Shown: positions 27,657 to 36,892 of the stretch, piece after piece
Position numbering within the stretch: position 1 is the stretch's first letter
Layout of the letters: each line of letters starts with the position of its first letter
DNA from: Holophagaceae bacterium
Lineage (GTDB): Bacteria; Acidobacteriota; Holophagae; Holophagales; Holophagaceae
Assembly (NCBI GenBank): GCA_963970155.1
Contig: OZ019758.1
Coordinates: 578,140-642,139 of the forward strand
DNA length: 64,000 nucleotides
Reading direction: 5' to 3'
Notes under the pieces: generated by a model
What the model saw: the letters and a program-made list of their open reading frames with translations, nothing else
What the model was told of the DNA's origin: nothing
Database searches by the model: none
Position numbers and translations under genes: made by a program

Positions 27657-28180
27657 CCGGGAAAGTATCGCTCATCTAGGATTTTCATATGGTGAGCCAC
27701 GTGACCTACATGAACGTAAGTTAGATCATTTGCAGATATCTGGTATGAGGAAACTTCACCTTTTCTCGAAATATCTTGGAAGTTGAGGTTTGTAAGAAAG
27801 CAGATAGTTGAGGTTCTCGAAGAATGCCAATCTGCTACTAAATCATCTAGGGATCTTTCGTCTGCTCGTGATGTTGACATCACGTGATCCTGATCCAAAG
27901 ACGGAAGAGGATTACCCAAATCTCGTGAGATGGACATGACGCGAAAAAGCATAATGCGTTCCCAATCGATTATATGGACCAGCATTTCGAAGAGAGACCA
28001 TTTGTCTTTCTCGTACCTAAAGTTGCCTTTATTTTTATAGATTTCTCGACAGAGCAGGCCTAGTTGAAGCCTTTGTTCCTCGAGGGTAGTCAAAAGGGGT
28101 ATCTCGGGATCCAATAGCTGGAGATAGTTGCGGTGGTATGTAGATAGTTTTTGAAGGTCAGGATACGTGAAAAAACCCAT
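27653..28180 (-). CDS. DinB/YfiT-like superfamily protein (putative metal-dependent thiol transferase fold)
   Basis: 175 aa. WSLFEMLVHIIDWE and the C-terminal VGHVAHHMKIL histidine pattern are typical of the DinB_2 family. Confidence 0.6.
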   Translation of the reverse strand: MGFFTYPDLQKLSTYHRNYLQLLDPEIPLLTTLEEQRLQLGLLCREIYKNKGNFRYEKDKWSLFEMLVHIIDWERIMLFRVMSISRDLGNPLPSLDQDHVMSTSRADERSLDDLVADWHSSRTSTICFLTNLNFQDISRKGEVSSYQISANDLTYVHVGHVAHHMKILDERYFPG

Positions 28181-28260
28181 AAGAGTCCTTATATTGGCTG
28201 TAAGCCTAAAGTCTCTATCCTTCTAGGATTACACGCAACGTTTCTTTTTTTTACGCCGAC

Positions 28261-28281
28261 TTATCCACAGACTTTTCCACA
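28261..28281 (+). promoter_or_regulatory. Two tandem DnaA boxes (TTATCCACA, then TTTTCCACA)
   Basis: Perfect consensus TTATCCACA at 28261-28269 and the one-mismatch box TTTTCCACA at 28273-28281, same orientation, about 90 nt upstream of the Fis-type HTH gene. A further ATATCCACA lies at 28606-28614. Confidence 0.5.
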
Positions 28282-28370
28282 ATTGGCAGGGTCTTCAGAA
28301 GGAAAAACTTATTTGATTTTTGTTAGCGTGGTGGTAATTTTTCTATTCCAAAGTCTTTAGGAGTTAAGCC

Positions 28371-28619
28371 ATGAGAGAACAACTTCGTGAACTGATTGCA
28401 GAAATGATGAGGGGTGGTATTTCTCTCGATTTGGCCAAGAAAGAATTCGAAAAACTTTATCTAGAAGAAGTCTTGGCTGCTAATGATGGTAATCAAAGCG
28501 CTGCAGCTCGCGAGTTAGGTATACACCGGAATACCCTTTCAAAGAAGCTGGTTGCCACCCAATCGAAGATGCGCCAGCAACCCACCATCAATCGAATGGG
28601 CGCCCATATCCACAATTAA
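28371..28619 (+). CDS. Small Fis-type helix-turn-helix DNA-binding protein
   Basis: 82 aa. GNQSAAARELGIHRNTLSKKL is an HTH_8/Fis-type motif. GGAG lies 8 nt upstream of the ATG. Confidence 0.7.
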   Translation: MREQLRELIAEMMRGGISLDLAKKEFEKLYLEEVLAANDGNQSAAARELGIHRNTLSKKLVATQSKMRQQPTINRMGAHIHN

Positions 28620-28622
28620 GAC

Positions 28623-29105
28623 CTAAAGGGCCTTAATATGGCCTTCGGTCCAGAGAGGCTGAGCGCTAATACGGTTCAGAACCCTTAACACCGCTAAAAA
28701 TGGGGTTTGAGAGGCAGTTGATCTAACGTAAGCCCGTGGCCCCTGCTCCACTTTGACGAGGGTTACCTCTAGCGGTCTACCGATGTCTGGATGCAGGGCC
28801 AAAAGTTGGTTCATTTGAAACAGGGGGAATGGAACAATCCAAGGATCTATATTCATGTTCGAAGCGCCATCAACTAGAGAACCGATTTCTCTAGGTTGGA
28901 AAAAAAGTAAATGTAATTTCTTTTCTAAATCGACATGTTTCCAAATTAAAAAGGGCGGAAGATTTCCTAAAACTATTCCTCCCTTAGCCGCAGAAGGCAG
29001 TGGCGTAACCGTTAAGCCCGTTAAGTCCGCTAATTCCATCGCGAGACGTTCAAGCGAGGGTGCCGAGGGGACAATCCAGGGCTCAAGTTCTTGGTCAAAA
29101 AACAA
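28623..29105 (-). CDS. Hypothetical protein (160 aa)
   Basis: ORF convergent with the Fis-like gene and divergent from the bshC-like gene. No family recognised. Confidence 0.45.
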   Translation of the reverse strand: MFFDQELEPWIVPSAPSLERLAMELADLTGLTVTPLPSAAKGGIVLGNLPPFLIWKHVDLEKKLHLLFFQPREIGSLVDGASNMNIDPWIVPFPLFQMNQLLALHPDIGRPLEVTLVKVEQGPRAYVRSTASQTPFLAVLRVLNRISAQPLWTEGHIKAL

Positions 29106-29196
29106 ATTAACTCCCTAAAATTAGGCCTCAGTAAGGAATGTGCTCCAAGAAGAGGATGCTGCTCTTACTACCTTCTTTGAAGGGTAAACTTAAAAG

Positions 29197-30372
29197 ATGG
29201 AAAAAAACATTCCTTTAGTTCTAACGGGACAGCAGATTGGCGTTGGCTGGTCTCCCGCCCTCAGTGTCATCAAAGCTCTCGTGGCTCTTGATGAGGCTAA
29301 GCGATTGGGTGGTGAAGCTATTTTTTGGATGGCCGACGAAGATCATGATGCGGTTGAGGTATCGAGAACCGCTCTTCGAAAAGACGGAAGAATCCTCAAA
29401 GTACAATTCGAATTTGATCAAAACCCACAAACTTCAGCCGCGTGGTTTCCATTTGACGACAAGCACCAAAGGCAGGCCATAGATCTGTGGGGATCTTCAA
29501 TCCCAACCCCACAAGAGCCTACTTTGAGAGGGCACTTCGAAGCCCTCGGTCAGCCCCTTAAGAAACTAGGGCTTTCTTTCTTTTCTCCCACGCGCGATAT
29601 CGATCGTTTCAAACTGAACGCTATCCTTCGGGATTGGAGAGAACTGAATTTAGAATCGAAACTGAATCAGACTTACCAAGATTTATCTCGTCAAGGAATC
29701 GAATGTTCGGTTGACCCGTCTAAGCAGTCCACTTGGTTTTCTCTAAACCCCATTAGCGGACAGCGCCTTCGCCTAGACCCTGCAAATCCTCTAGGGGCCG
29801 AGCTTTGGCTCAGTCCTGGGGCCGCCCTGCGTCCTCTTCTGCAATCTCACTTGCTAAATGTACACACCGTCGTCGTAGGCCCATCGGAACTTTCATACTG
29901 GCAACTTGTTGATCCCCTATGGGAACTACTTCAAATTAAAAAGCCCACTCTCAAACTGAGGCCTTCGTTATGGAGTATTCCCTCCCATTGTTCCGTGGAG
30001 GCTGATCAAATTCCTCTTCTTCGCCAAGGGAATTGGCAAGCCTTATTACCGGCAGGGGCGCCTCTTCCCTCAGAATCTTTGACGCTCACCTCGAATCCAA
30101 ATTGGGATCCAGATACCCGTTCAAGAATTGATCAAGAATTACAAAGAGCCAAAGAGCGTTTAGAAAAGATCGATCGAAAAATTCAACGCGTCTTGCTACA
30201 TAAGGCACTAGGCGAAGACCCAGAAATCCTTCAGCAATATCTTTTCCCTTTAGGCAGAGATCAAGAGCGTATTTTATCGGGAGCTTCTTGGCTGCTAGAC
30301 CCTTCAATGCTGACCCGTCTAACGGAATCACTATCGAAGGCTTCCCCTGTTGTCATAATGAAAGAACTATGA
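29197..30372 (+). CDS. BshC-like protein (DUF2317, putative bacillithiol cysteine-adding enzyme family), unusually short
   Basis: LTGQQIGVGWSPALSVIKA...IFWMADEDHDAVEV matches the GQQ.G...P.FW.A.EDHD core, and the C-terminal LFPLGRDQERI matches the BshC tail. Only 391 aa, versus about 540 aa for typical BshC as I recall it. Confidence 0.6.
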   Translation: MEKNIPLVLTGQQIGVGWSPALSVIKALVALDEAKRLGGEAIFWMADEDHDAVEVSRTALRKDGRILKVQFEFDQNPQTSAAWFPFDDKHQRQAIDLWGSSIPTPQEPTLRGHFEALGQPLKKLGLSFFSPTRDIDRFKLNAILRDWRELNLESKLNQTYQDLSRQGIECSVDPSKQSTWFSLNPISGQRLRLDPANPLGAELWLSPGAALRPLLQSHLLNVHTVVVGPSELSYWQLVDPLWELLQIKKPTLKLRPSLWSIPSHCSVEADQIPLLRQGNWQALLPAGAPLPSESLTLTSNPNWDPDTRSRIDQELQRAKERLEKIDRKIQRVLLHKALGEDPEILQQYLFPLGRDQERILSGASWLLDPSMLTRLTESLSKASPVVIMKEL

Positions 30373-31079
30373 GCCATTCCTTTGATCTACTAGTTATTGG
30401 AGCTCACCCTGATGATGCTGAAATTCATTCAGGGGGGCTTATTGCCTTAGCCTCGTCTAAGCACATGAAGACGGCCATCCTCGATTTGACCGAAGGGGAA
30501 CTGGGTAGTCGAGGTGATCGCAATATCCGCAAACAAGAATCACATGAAGCTGCGGAAATTTTAGGCTGCGAGCGCTTCAATCTTCAACTTCCTGACGGCG
30601 GAATCCTGGATACTCCAGCGCTCGTAGATCAAGTGGTAACTTTCATCCGTTTGCAACGCCCGAAAATCTGCGTCTTGCCCTCTCCTTTCGATCGCCATCC
30701 CGACCATCGAAATGCGCACTCGCTTCTCCAAAGGGCTGTCTTTTTGTCTGGCCTTTCCCGTTACCCCAGTAATGAAAAACCCTGGAGACCTGAGGCAACC
30801 CTTTGGGTTGGTGGCGAAAATCCTTCTGTCCCCGAGGTCGTCGTCGATATTTCATCGGTATGGTCGCATAAAATAAAAGCTATCCAATCTTACCGAAGCC
30901 AGTTTGATCCTGATTTTGATGTGAGCCAAACTCGAATTTCACACCCCTCCTTCATGAGGGGTATTGAGGGTCGCTCCATGCATTGGGGGTCCCTAATTCA
31001 ATCAGATCATGGTGAGGCCTTCTGGTTTGATAAGCCTATGCAGCCTGTTTTGATTAGTTTTTTGGATTCACTCAGGTGA
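30369..31079 (+). CDS. bshB: PIG-L/LmbE family N-acetylglucosaminyl deacetylase (BshB1-like)
   Basis: LVIGAHPDDAEIHSGG, LTEGELGSRG, DRHPDH motifs. The ATG at 30369 overlaps the bshC-like stop (ATGA). The 30288 start in the ORF track is an in-frame extension. Confidence 0.7.
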   Translation: MSHSFDLLVIGAHPDDAEIHSGGLIALASSKHMKTAILDLTEGELGSRGDRNIRKQESHEAAEILGCERFNLQLPDGGILDTPALVDQVVTFIRLQRPKICVLPSPFDRHPDHRNAHSLLQRAVFLSGLSRYPSNEKPWRPEATLWVGGENPSVPEVVVDISSVWSHKIKAIQSYRSQFDPDFDVSQTRISHPSFMRGIEGRSMHWGSLIQSDHGEAFWFDKPMQPVLISFLDSLR

Positions 31080-32045
31080 AGCGCCTTGAATCACTTCTGC
31101 TGGGTCAAATCAAAGACCGAGGGGATCAAATTAAGGGAACTAAAGTTCTCGTTGCCTGTAGCGGTGGCGGTGATTCCATGGCTTTGCTCCATCTCCTCGT
31201 CGCTCTTCGTGCGAGTCTCGATTTAGAACTAAAAGTAGCGCATGTTGATCATCACCTTCGGCCAGAAAGCGCCGAAGACCGAAAGTTTGTTGAAGAAGAG
31301 GCATTTCGGTTAGATCTTTCATTCTATTTCGAAGAACTTTCCCTTGCCAATGACTACAAGGGGGGGCTCGAAATGCAAGCCCGCGAGGCACGGTGGTCAT
31401 GTCTGAACGAAATTGCTAAAAATCAAGGAGTTCGATGGATCGCCACGGGACATACTTTAGATGATCACACCGAGACCGTACTCATGCGGTTGGCTCGTGG
31501 TTCGGGCATGAGAGCGCTCACTCCACTCCCTGCATGCCAAAGCCCGCGCTGGTCTCCTTTAATTCAAATGACACGCCCTACCCTGAGATCTTATCTTTCA
31601 GAAAATAGGATCCCTTGGCGTGAGGACTCCTACCAATGTATTGCCCATTACTCCTCGCAATCGTTGGAGAACCATCCTCGTATCTATCCGAGATGAATGT
31701 CCGACCTTCGATGAACACCTTTGGGATACTCATCGACAGAGTGAATCTACCCTTGCGTTAGCTGAGCAATTTGTTCTGGCGTTAAGACCCAAGGCGTGGG
31801 ACATGGATCTTTCGACAAAATCTATTCTGTTTAAGCTGCGTGAATGGAACGAAACCGAGGTGGCCATGATTATGAACCTTGCTTTCAAGGAATGGGGGGA
31901 TCTAAGAGAATCTAGACATCTGCAAAATCTTAGCCGATGGGTTTGCCAAGGACTGCACCATCAATCTGAAGCCTCCAATGGTGGCTATATTTTGCACCTA
32001 CTGCCGGAGTCGCAAGGCATGAGATTATATAAGACGGAGGCCTAG
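31076..32045 (+). pseudogene. tilS: tRNA(Ile)-lysidine synthase TilS interrupted by a 1-nt frameshift (true pseudogene, recoding or sequencing error not distinguishable)
   Basis: ORF 31076-31696 carries the PP-loop VACSGGGDSMAL and ends ...IPWREDSYQC. ORF 31620-32045 in the +1 frame continues ...PTNVLPITPRNRWR, the conserved W.ED..N...RNR block. Frames join if one nt is skipped at about 31625-31634. Confidence 0.7.
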
Positions 32046-32092
32046 CGCCTCGCCGCTACCGATGAATGCGGTAGTCCTCAAAGGAGTGTTTT

Positions 32093-34030
32093 TTGAATTC
32101 AATGATGAAAAGTGTTTTGGTGTGGGTGGGTATCGTCCTCTTGCTCCTTCTTGTCGTGCAAAATGTTCCCTCCGGAGCACGCACACAAGAAATTCCTTTC
32201 TCTACTTTCTACGTGGAGGGCCAGACAGGTAAATATCGATCTGTTTCACTGTCGGGTTTTGAAGTCGAAGGAACTTACAAGACTTCGTTTAAAAATAATA
32301 AAGGCGAGACCATTGAGCGCTTTAAAACGGTTACGCCCCCCATGCAGGATTTGGGTGCCAAGATTATGGCTTGGAAACAAGATGGTCAACTCGAAGAATT
32401 CAAAGCCTCAAAGCCTAATGACAACAACAGTTGGTCCATGTACCTCCTATTTTGGGGCCCGTTGATCGTCTTCGTAGTGCTCTGGTTTGTCTTTATGCGC
32501 CAGGCTCAAAACGGTGGCAATAAAGCCATGAGTTTCGGAAAAGCTCAAGCCAAGGGTTTGTCGAGCAACGCCAAGAAAATTACCTTCAACGATGTCGCCG
32601 GTTGCGACGAAGCCAAGGATGATCTGAAAGAAATTGTTGAGTTCCTCAAAGAGCCCTCTAAATTTGTAAAATTAGGAGGCCGTATTCCCAAGGGCGTACT
32701 TCTCGTAGGACCTCCAGGAACAGGAAAGACGTTGCTTGCTCGCGCCGTAGCGGGTGAGGCCAAAGTGCAATTTTTTAGTATCTCGGGTTCAGACTTTGTT
32801 GAAATGTTCGTGGGAGTTGGAGCTAGTCGAGTCCGAGACCTCTTTGAACAAGGAAAGAAAAGTGCCCCTTGTATTATTTTCATCGATGAAATCGATGCAG
32901 TAGGTCGCCACCGAGGTGCAGGTCTCGGGGGTGGTCATGACGAACGTGAACAGACTTTGAATCAACTATTGGTTGAAATGGACGGATTCGAAGGTACCGA
33001 AGGAGTCATTCTCATTGCGGCGACCAATCGACCCGACGTCCTTGACCCTGCACTTCTGAGACCGGGCCGTTTCGATCGTCGAGTAGTAGTCGATCGACCT
33101 GATATTAGGGGTCGTGTTGCCATCCTCAAGGTACATACCGTCAATAAGATTCCATTGGCTCCCGATGTCGATCTCGAAACTTTAGCGCGGGGCACTCCTG
33201 GCTTTGCCGGTGCGGACCTTGCCAATCTTTGCAATGAAGCTGCCCTCAATGCTGCGCGCTCCAACAAATCTTGGGTAGAAATGATTGATTTTGAAAATGC
33301 GAAAGACAAAGTCTATATGGGGGCTGAACGTAGAAGTTTAGTAATGACAGACGAGGATAAAAAGATTACCGCTTATCACGAAGCAGGCCATACCGTTCTT
33401 GCCGCCGTCATAGAAGAAACAGACCCTCTTCATAAAGTCACCATTATCCCCCGTGGCCAGGCCCTGGGTGTAACGTGGCAGTTACCTGAGCGGGATCGCT
33501 TCAATACTACAAAATCCTATATGGAAGCCCGCATTGCCATTGCTATGGGTGGTCGTATTGCTGAAGAAGTCTTCTTCAATCAATTCTCTACTGGAGCATC
33601 CAACGATATCCAACAAGCCACTTCTCTAGCCAAATCCATGGTTACTAAGTACGGCATGAGCGAACGCCTTGGCCCTCTCAATTATGCGGGCGACCAAGGA
33701 GAAGTATTTATTGGCCGCGACTTTGGTCAACGACGAGATGTCTCTGAAGATACTGCCCGCTTGATTGACGCTGAGGTACGAGATATTGTTCATCGCAATT
33801 ATGAAAAGGCTAAAAATATCATTCTTGAAAAGAAAACGCAGTTAATAGCAATTGCTGAATCCCTCTTGACTCATGAAACGCTCACGGGTGAAGACATCAA
33901 ACTATTAATGATGGGGGGAACGTTGCCTCCAAGAAAAATAACAACTGATATTCCACCCGTAGATCCCACTCAACCTGACAATCTTGCTCTCGGTGAGGGC
34001 AATCTAGGCCAGGCTTTGAAACCTGTCTAA
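32093..34030 (+). CDS. ftsH: ATP-dependent zinc metalloprotease FtsH
   Basis: Two N-terminal TM segments, AAA+ Walker A GPPGTGKT, Walker [18 protein letters not shown] zinc site. Confidence 0.95.
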   Translation: MNSMMKSVLVWVGIVLLLLLVVQNVPSGARTQEIPFSTFYVEGQTGKYRSVSLSGFEVEGTYKTSFKNNKGETIERFKTVTPPMQDLGAKIMAWKQDGQLEEFKASKPNDNNSWSMYLLFWGPLIVFVVLWFVFMRQAQNGGNKAMSFGKAQAKGLSSNAKKITFNDVAGCDEAKDDLKEIVEFLKEPSKFVKLGGRIPKGVLLVGPPGTGKTLLARAVAGEAKVQFFSISGSDFVEMFVGVGASRVRDLFEQGKKSAPCIIFIDEIDAVGRHRGAGLGGGHDEREQTLNQLLVEMDGFEGTEGVILIAATNRPDVLDPALLRPGRFDRRVVVDRPDIRGRVAILKVHTVNKIPLAPDVDLETLARGTPGFAGADLANLCNEAALNAARSNKSWVEMIDFENAKDKVYMGAERRSLVMTDEDKKITAYHEAGHTVLAAVIEETDPLHKVTIIPRGQALGVTWQLPERDRFNTTKSYMEARIAIAMGGRIAEEVFFNQFSTGASNDIQQATSLAKSMVTKYGMSERLGPLNYAGDQGEVFIGRDFGQRRDVSEDTARLIDAEVRDIVHRNYEKAKNIILEKKTQLIAIAESLLTHETLTGEDIKLLMMGGTLPPRKITTDIPPVDPTQPDNLALGEGNLGQALKPV

Positions 34031-34031
34031 T

Positions 34032-34847
34032 TTGTTTGATTGGGCTTCTCTTCTAAAATCGGGTCCTTGTTACATTGGGATTCTCAACTGCACGCCAGAC
34101 AGTTTCAGTGATGGGGGACAATTTGTCGAACCCACTGCTGCCCTTCATCAAGCCCTTCGCCTTGTTGAAGATGGCGCAAAGGTTATTGATGTGGGCGCTG
34201 AAAGTACACGCCCAGGGGCTCGTCCCATCAGTGAGGCCGAAGAATGGTCGAGGATAGAAAAAATTCTACCCGTCCTGCGTCATGAACTTCCAGCGCAGAC
34301 TCTTCTAAGTATCGATACACGACATGCATCGACTGCTCGGCGCGCTCTCGACCTAGGTGTGGCAATCTTAAATGATGTCACGGGCTTTTCTGATTCTAAA
34401 ATGCTTCACCTTCTCCGTGACAAATCGATTGGTGCAATCGCGATGCGAAGCACTGTCGTTAATAACACCTTTTCAATGCCCCCATATGCAGATCCAAGAT
34501 CCGATATCTCTGGTAAGTTCGATGAACTGTTTAGCTTAAGTGCTAGGCTCCAAGCGGCTTCGGTCAATCCTCAGCAATGTCTCATGGATATGGGTTTTGG
34601 ATTTGGGACGACCTATCGTGAAGATGCTGCTCTATGGGATCAACTGATTTATCACAAAACAGAACTGGCCTGGCCCCATAGCCGCTTTTGCATTGGCATA
34701 TCTCGGAAGCGCTTGTTGGCTTGGAGATCTGAACAGCCCGACCTTCCTCCTGAGCAAAGGGACGCTCTGACCTGCGAGGCAGTAACCATTCTCCTTAGCG
34801 AAGGCTACCGATTCTTCAGAGTCCATGCCGTGCCAAGATATCCTTAG
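34032..34847 (+). CDS. folP: Dihydropteroate synthase
   Basis: GILNCTPDSFSDGG, IDVGAESTRPG, LNDVTG, GFGFG motifs. TTG start 1 nt after the ftsH stop. Confidence 0.85.
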   Translation: MFDWASLLKSGPCYIGILNCTPDSFSDGGQFVEPTAALHQALRLVEDGAKVIDVGAESTRPGARPISEAEEWSRIEKILPVLRHELPAQTLLSIDTRHASTARRALDLGVAILNDVTGFSDSKMLHLLRDKSIGAIAMRSTVVNNTFSMPPYADPRSDISGKFDELFSLSARLQAASVNPQQCLMDMGFGFGTTYREDAALWDQLIYHKTELAWPHSRFCIGISRKRLLAWRSEQPDLPPEQRDALTCEAVTILLSEGYRFFRVHAVPRYP

Positions 34848-34861
34848 ATTAAAGGAACACC

Positions 34862-36163
34862 ATGTCGCTTAGATATTTTGGGACTGACGGAATTAGGGGA
34901 AAAGCTTTCGACTCCCCTCTAACCACCTCAGAAGTAGCACGATGGGGTAAATCCTGGAGTCAGGCCGCCCTCAACCATAAAGTGCAAACTCTTGTTCTTG
35001 GACATGATCCTCGGCTAAGTTCAGAGCCCCTTCTCAAAGCTTTCATCTCAGTTATGGACCCTTCGATTAGCCTCATCTACTTAGGGATGGTCCCTACCCC
35101 TGTTCTAGCCTATGAAACCTCCAGGACGTCGGGAGCTTGGGGGGTTATGTTCTCCGCAAGTCATAATCCGCCTCTGGATAATGGAATCAAGGGCTTCTCT
35201 TCCTCGGGTGAAAAACTTGAAGAGGCTGTTGAGATGGAAATCGAGACTATTTTCGATTCGACCCCGGTCGCGGACAAGATTGTCAATCCCAACCTCCCAG
35301 CCATCCAACCCCATCAATATCTCAACGTTCACGAACCCTTTCCTGTACCTGTTCCCTGGCGTATCGCCATAGATTGTGCTCACGGCGCCGCCAGCACTTT
35401 AGCTCAGAATATTTTCTTGGGCCAGAATATCCACTGGATTGGAACTCCATCTGATGGGGCTCGAATCAATCATTTTGTAGGATGCACTCATCTCGAGACC
35501 CTGCAGAAAGTCATTCTTGAAAGTAATCTTGATTTTGGATTCGCTTTTGATGGTGATGCTGATCGATGCCTATTTGTAGACTCTAAGGGTGATGTTTTTG
35601 ATGGCGATCAGATCCTGTGGCTCTTGGTCAAAGAGGGTATTCGCGCGGGACGTCCTCCAGAGGGTGTTGTAGGCACCGTGATGACCAACGGGGCTTTAGA
35701 GCACTTAATTCTTGACGCCGGCATCCCCTTCCTTCGAACTCCCGTGGGTGATAAATTCATCCTTCGAGCAATGGCCACCTGCAATTACCCCATCGGCGCA
35801 GAAGCCTCCGGTCATGTCATTCAAAAATCCCTAGGTCCGACAGGAGATGGCTTGGCCACCGCTTTATCCGTCTGCAGGATCCTTAAGGATGTGGGTATTC
35901 GGGAAGTCTTTGAATCACGGTTTAAGCCCTTCCCTCACCAGTTAGTCAGCTTTGCCACTCGTTTAAAAAAACCTATCGATATGTGCCCATCGCTTAACGG
36001 AGTACTCGATAATCTTCCAAAAGAATTCCCAAGCCTTCGAACCGTTATTCGCTGGTCGGGTACTGAAAATAAATTACGCCTTATGGCCGAAGCCCCCGAC
36101 CTCCATTCGGTTAACATAGCCCTAGAGCGCCTTCAACACGCTGCCCTCCGCGACCTTAATTAG
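34862..36163 (+). CDS. glmM: Phosphoglucosamine mutase
   Basis: YFGTDGIRG, SASHNP active-site serine loop, FDGDADR, GAEASGH motifs. Confidence 0.9.
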   Translation: MSLRYFGTDGIRGKAFDSPLTTSEVARWGKSWSQAALNHKVQTLVLGHDPRLSSEPLLKAFISVMDPSISLIYLGMVPTPVLAYETSRTSGAWGVMFSASHNPPLDNGIKGFSSSGEKLEEAVEMEIETIFDSTPVADKIVNPNLPAIQPHQYLNVHEPFPVPVPWRIAIDCAHGAASTLAQNIFLGQNIHWIGTPSDGARINHFVGCTHLETLQKVILESNLDFGFAFDGDADRCLFVDSKGDVFDGDQILWLLVKEGIRAGRPPEGVVGTVMTNGALEHLILDAGIPFLRTPVGDKFILRAMATCNYPIGAEASGHVIQKSLGPTGDGLATALSVCRILKDVGIREVFESRFKPFPHQLVSFATRLKKPIDMCPSLNGVLDNLPKEFPSLRTVIRWSGTENKLRLMAEAPDLHSVNIALERLQHAALRDLN

Positions 36164-36172
36164 GACCTTCCC

Positions 36173-36886
36173 TTGAAACTCAGCGTTAATATTGACCACG
36201 TGGCTACCCTGCGACAAGTTCGAAGGGGTGGTGAGCCCAATTTAAAAGAAGCCGTTATTGAAGTCTTGAAAGCCGGCGCAGATGGAATTACCGTTCACTT
36301 AAGGCAAGACTTACGTCATATACAGATGGAAGATCTTGAAATGATTCACTTGAACTTCAAAACGCCTTTAAACATAGAACTTGCTGTACACGCCAATCTA
36401 GATGCTTTGTTGGGGCGTGTGGTGCCCTCTACGGTTACCCTGGTCCCTGAAAGTCCCAACGAAGTCACTACGGAAGGGGGGCTCCAAGTAGACCTTAATC
36501 CTTCAACTCTAAACCTCGCGCTAGCGACCCTCAAAGAAAGAGGGGTTCACAGTAGTCTCTTTATCGATCCAGATCCGTCGGTCATTCATCAAGCCCTTTC
36601 GCTGAAACCCGATGCCATCGAAATCAATACCAACCATTACTCTCTTCAAACGGTCGGATCTCCGGGCTTTATCGAGGCTTTAGAAAAAATAAAAGAATGC
36701 GCTCAACTCATTCACAATCATGGAGTTAGAGTCTTGGCCGGTCACGGCTTGAATCGCCACAACGTCCAAGCCATTTCAAAAATTCCTATCATAGACGAGC
36801 TCAATATTGGGCATGCTATCGTCGCTCGATCGCTCTACGTAGGTTTTTCTAGGGCAGTTCACGAAATATTGACCCACCTAAAATAG
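36173..36886 (+). CDS. pdxJ: Pyridoxine 5'-phosphate synthase
   Basis: LSVNIDHVATLRQVRRG, HLRQD.RHI, EINT and AGHGL motifs. TTG start. Confidence 0.9.
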   Translation: MKLSVNIDHVATLRQVRRGGEPNLKEAVIEVLKAGADGITVHLRQDLRHIQMEDLEMIHLNFKTPLNIELAVHANLDALLGRVVPSTVTLVPESPNEVTTEGGLQVDLNPSTLNLALATLKERGVHSSLFIDPDPSVIHQALSLKPDAIEINTNHYSLQTVGSPGFIEALEKIKECAQLIHNHGVRVLAGHGLNRHNVQAISKIPIIDELNIGHAIVARSLYVGFSRAVHEILTHLK

Positions 36887-36892
36887 GGGGTG

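Noticed and set aside
28151-28360. 69-aa plus-strand ORF spanning the DinB/Fis-like spacer.
   Set aside because: It starts inside the DinB-family coding region on the opposite strand, has no RBS and covers the DnaA boxes and promoter region. There is no supporting homology.
28181-28370. Replication origin (oriC), suggested by the DnaA boxes.
   Set aside because: There are only two or three boxes, no AT-rich 13-mer-like unwinding repeats and no dnaA/dnaN/gidA context. A regulatory or titration site is more plausible.
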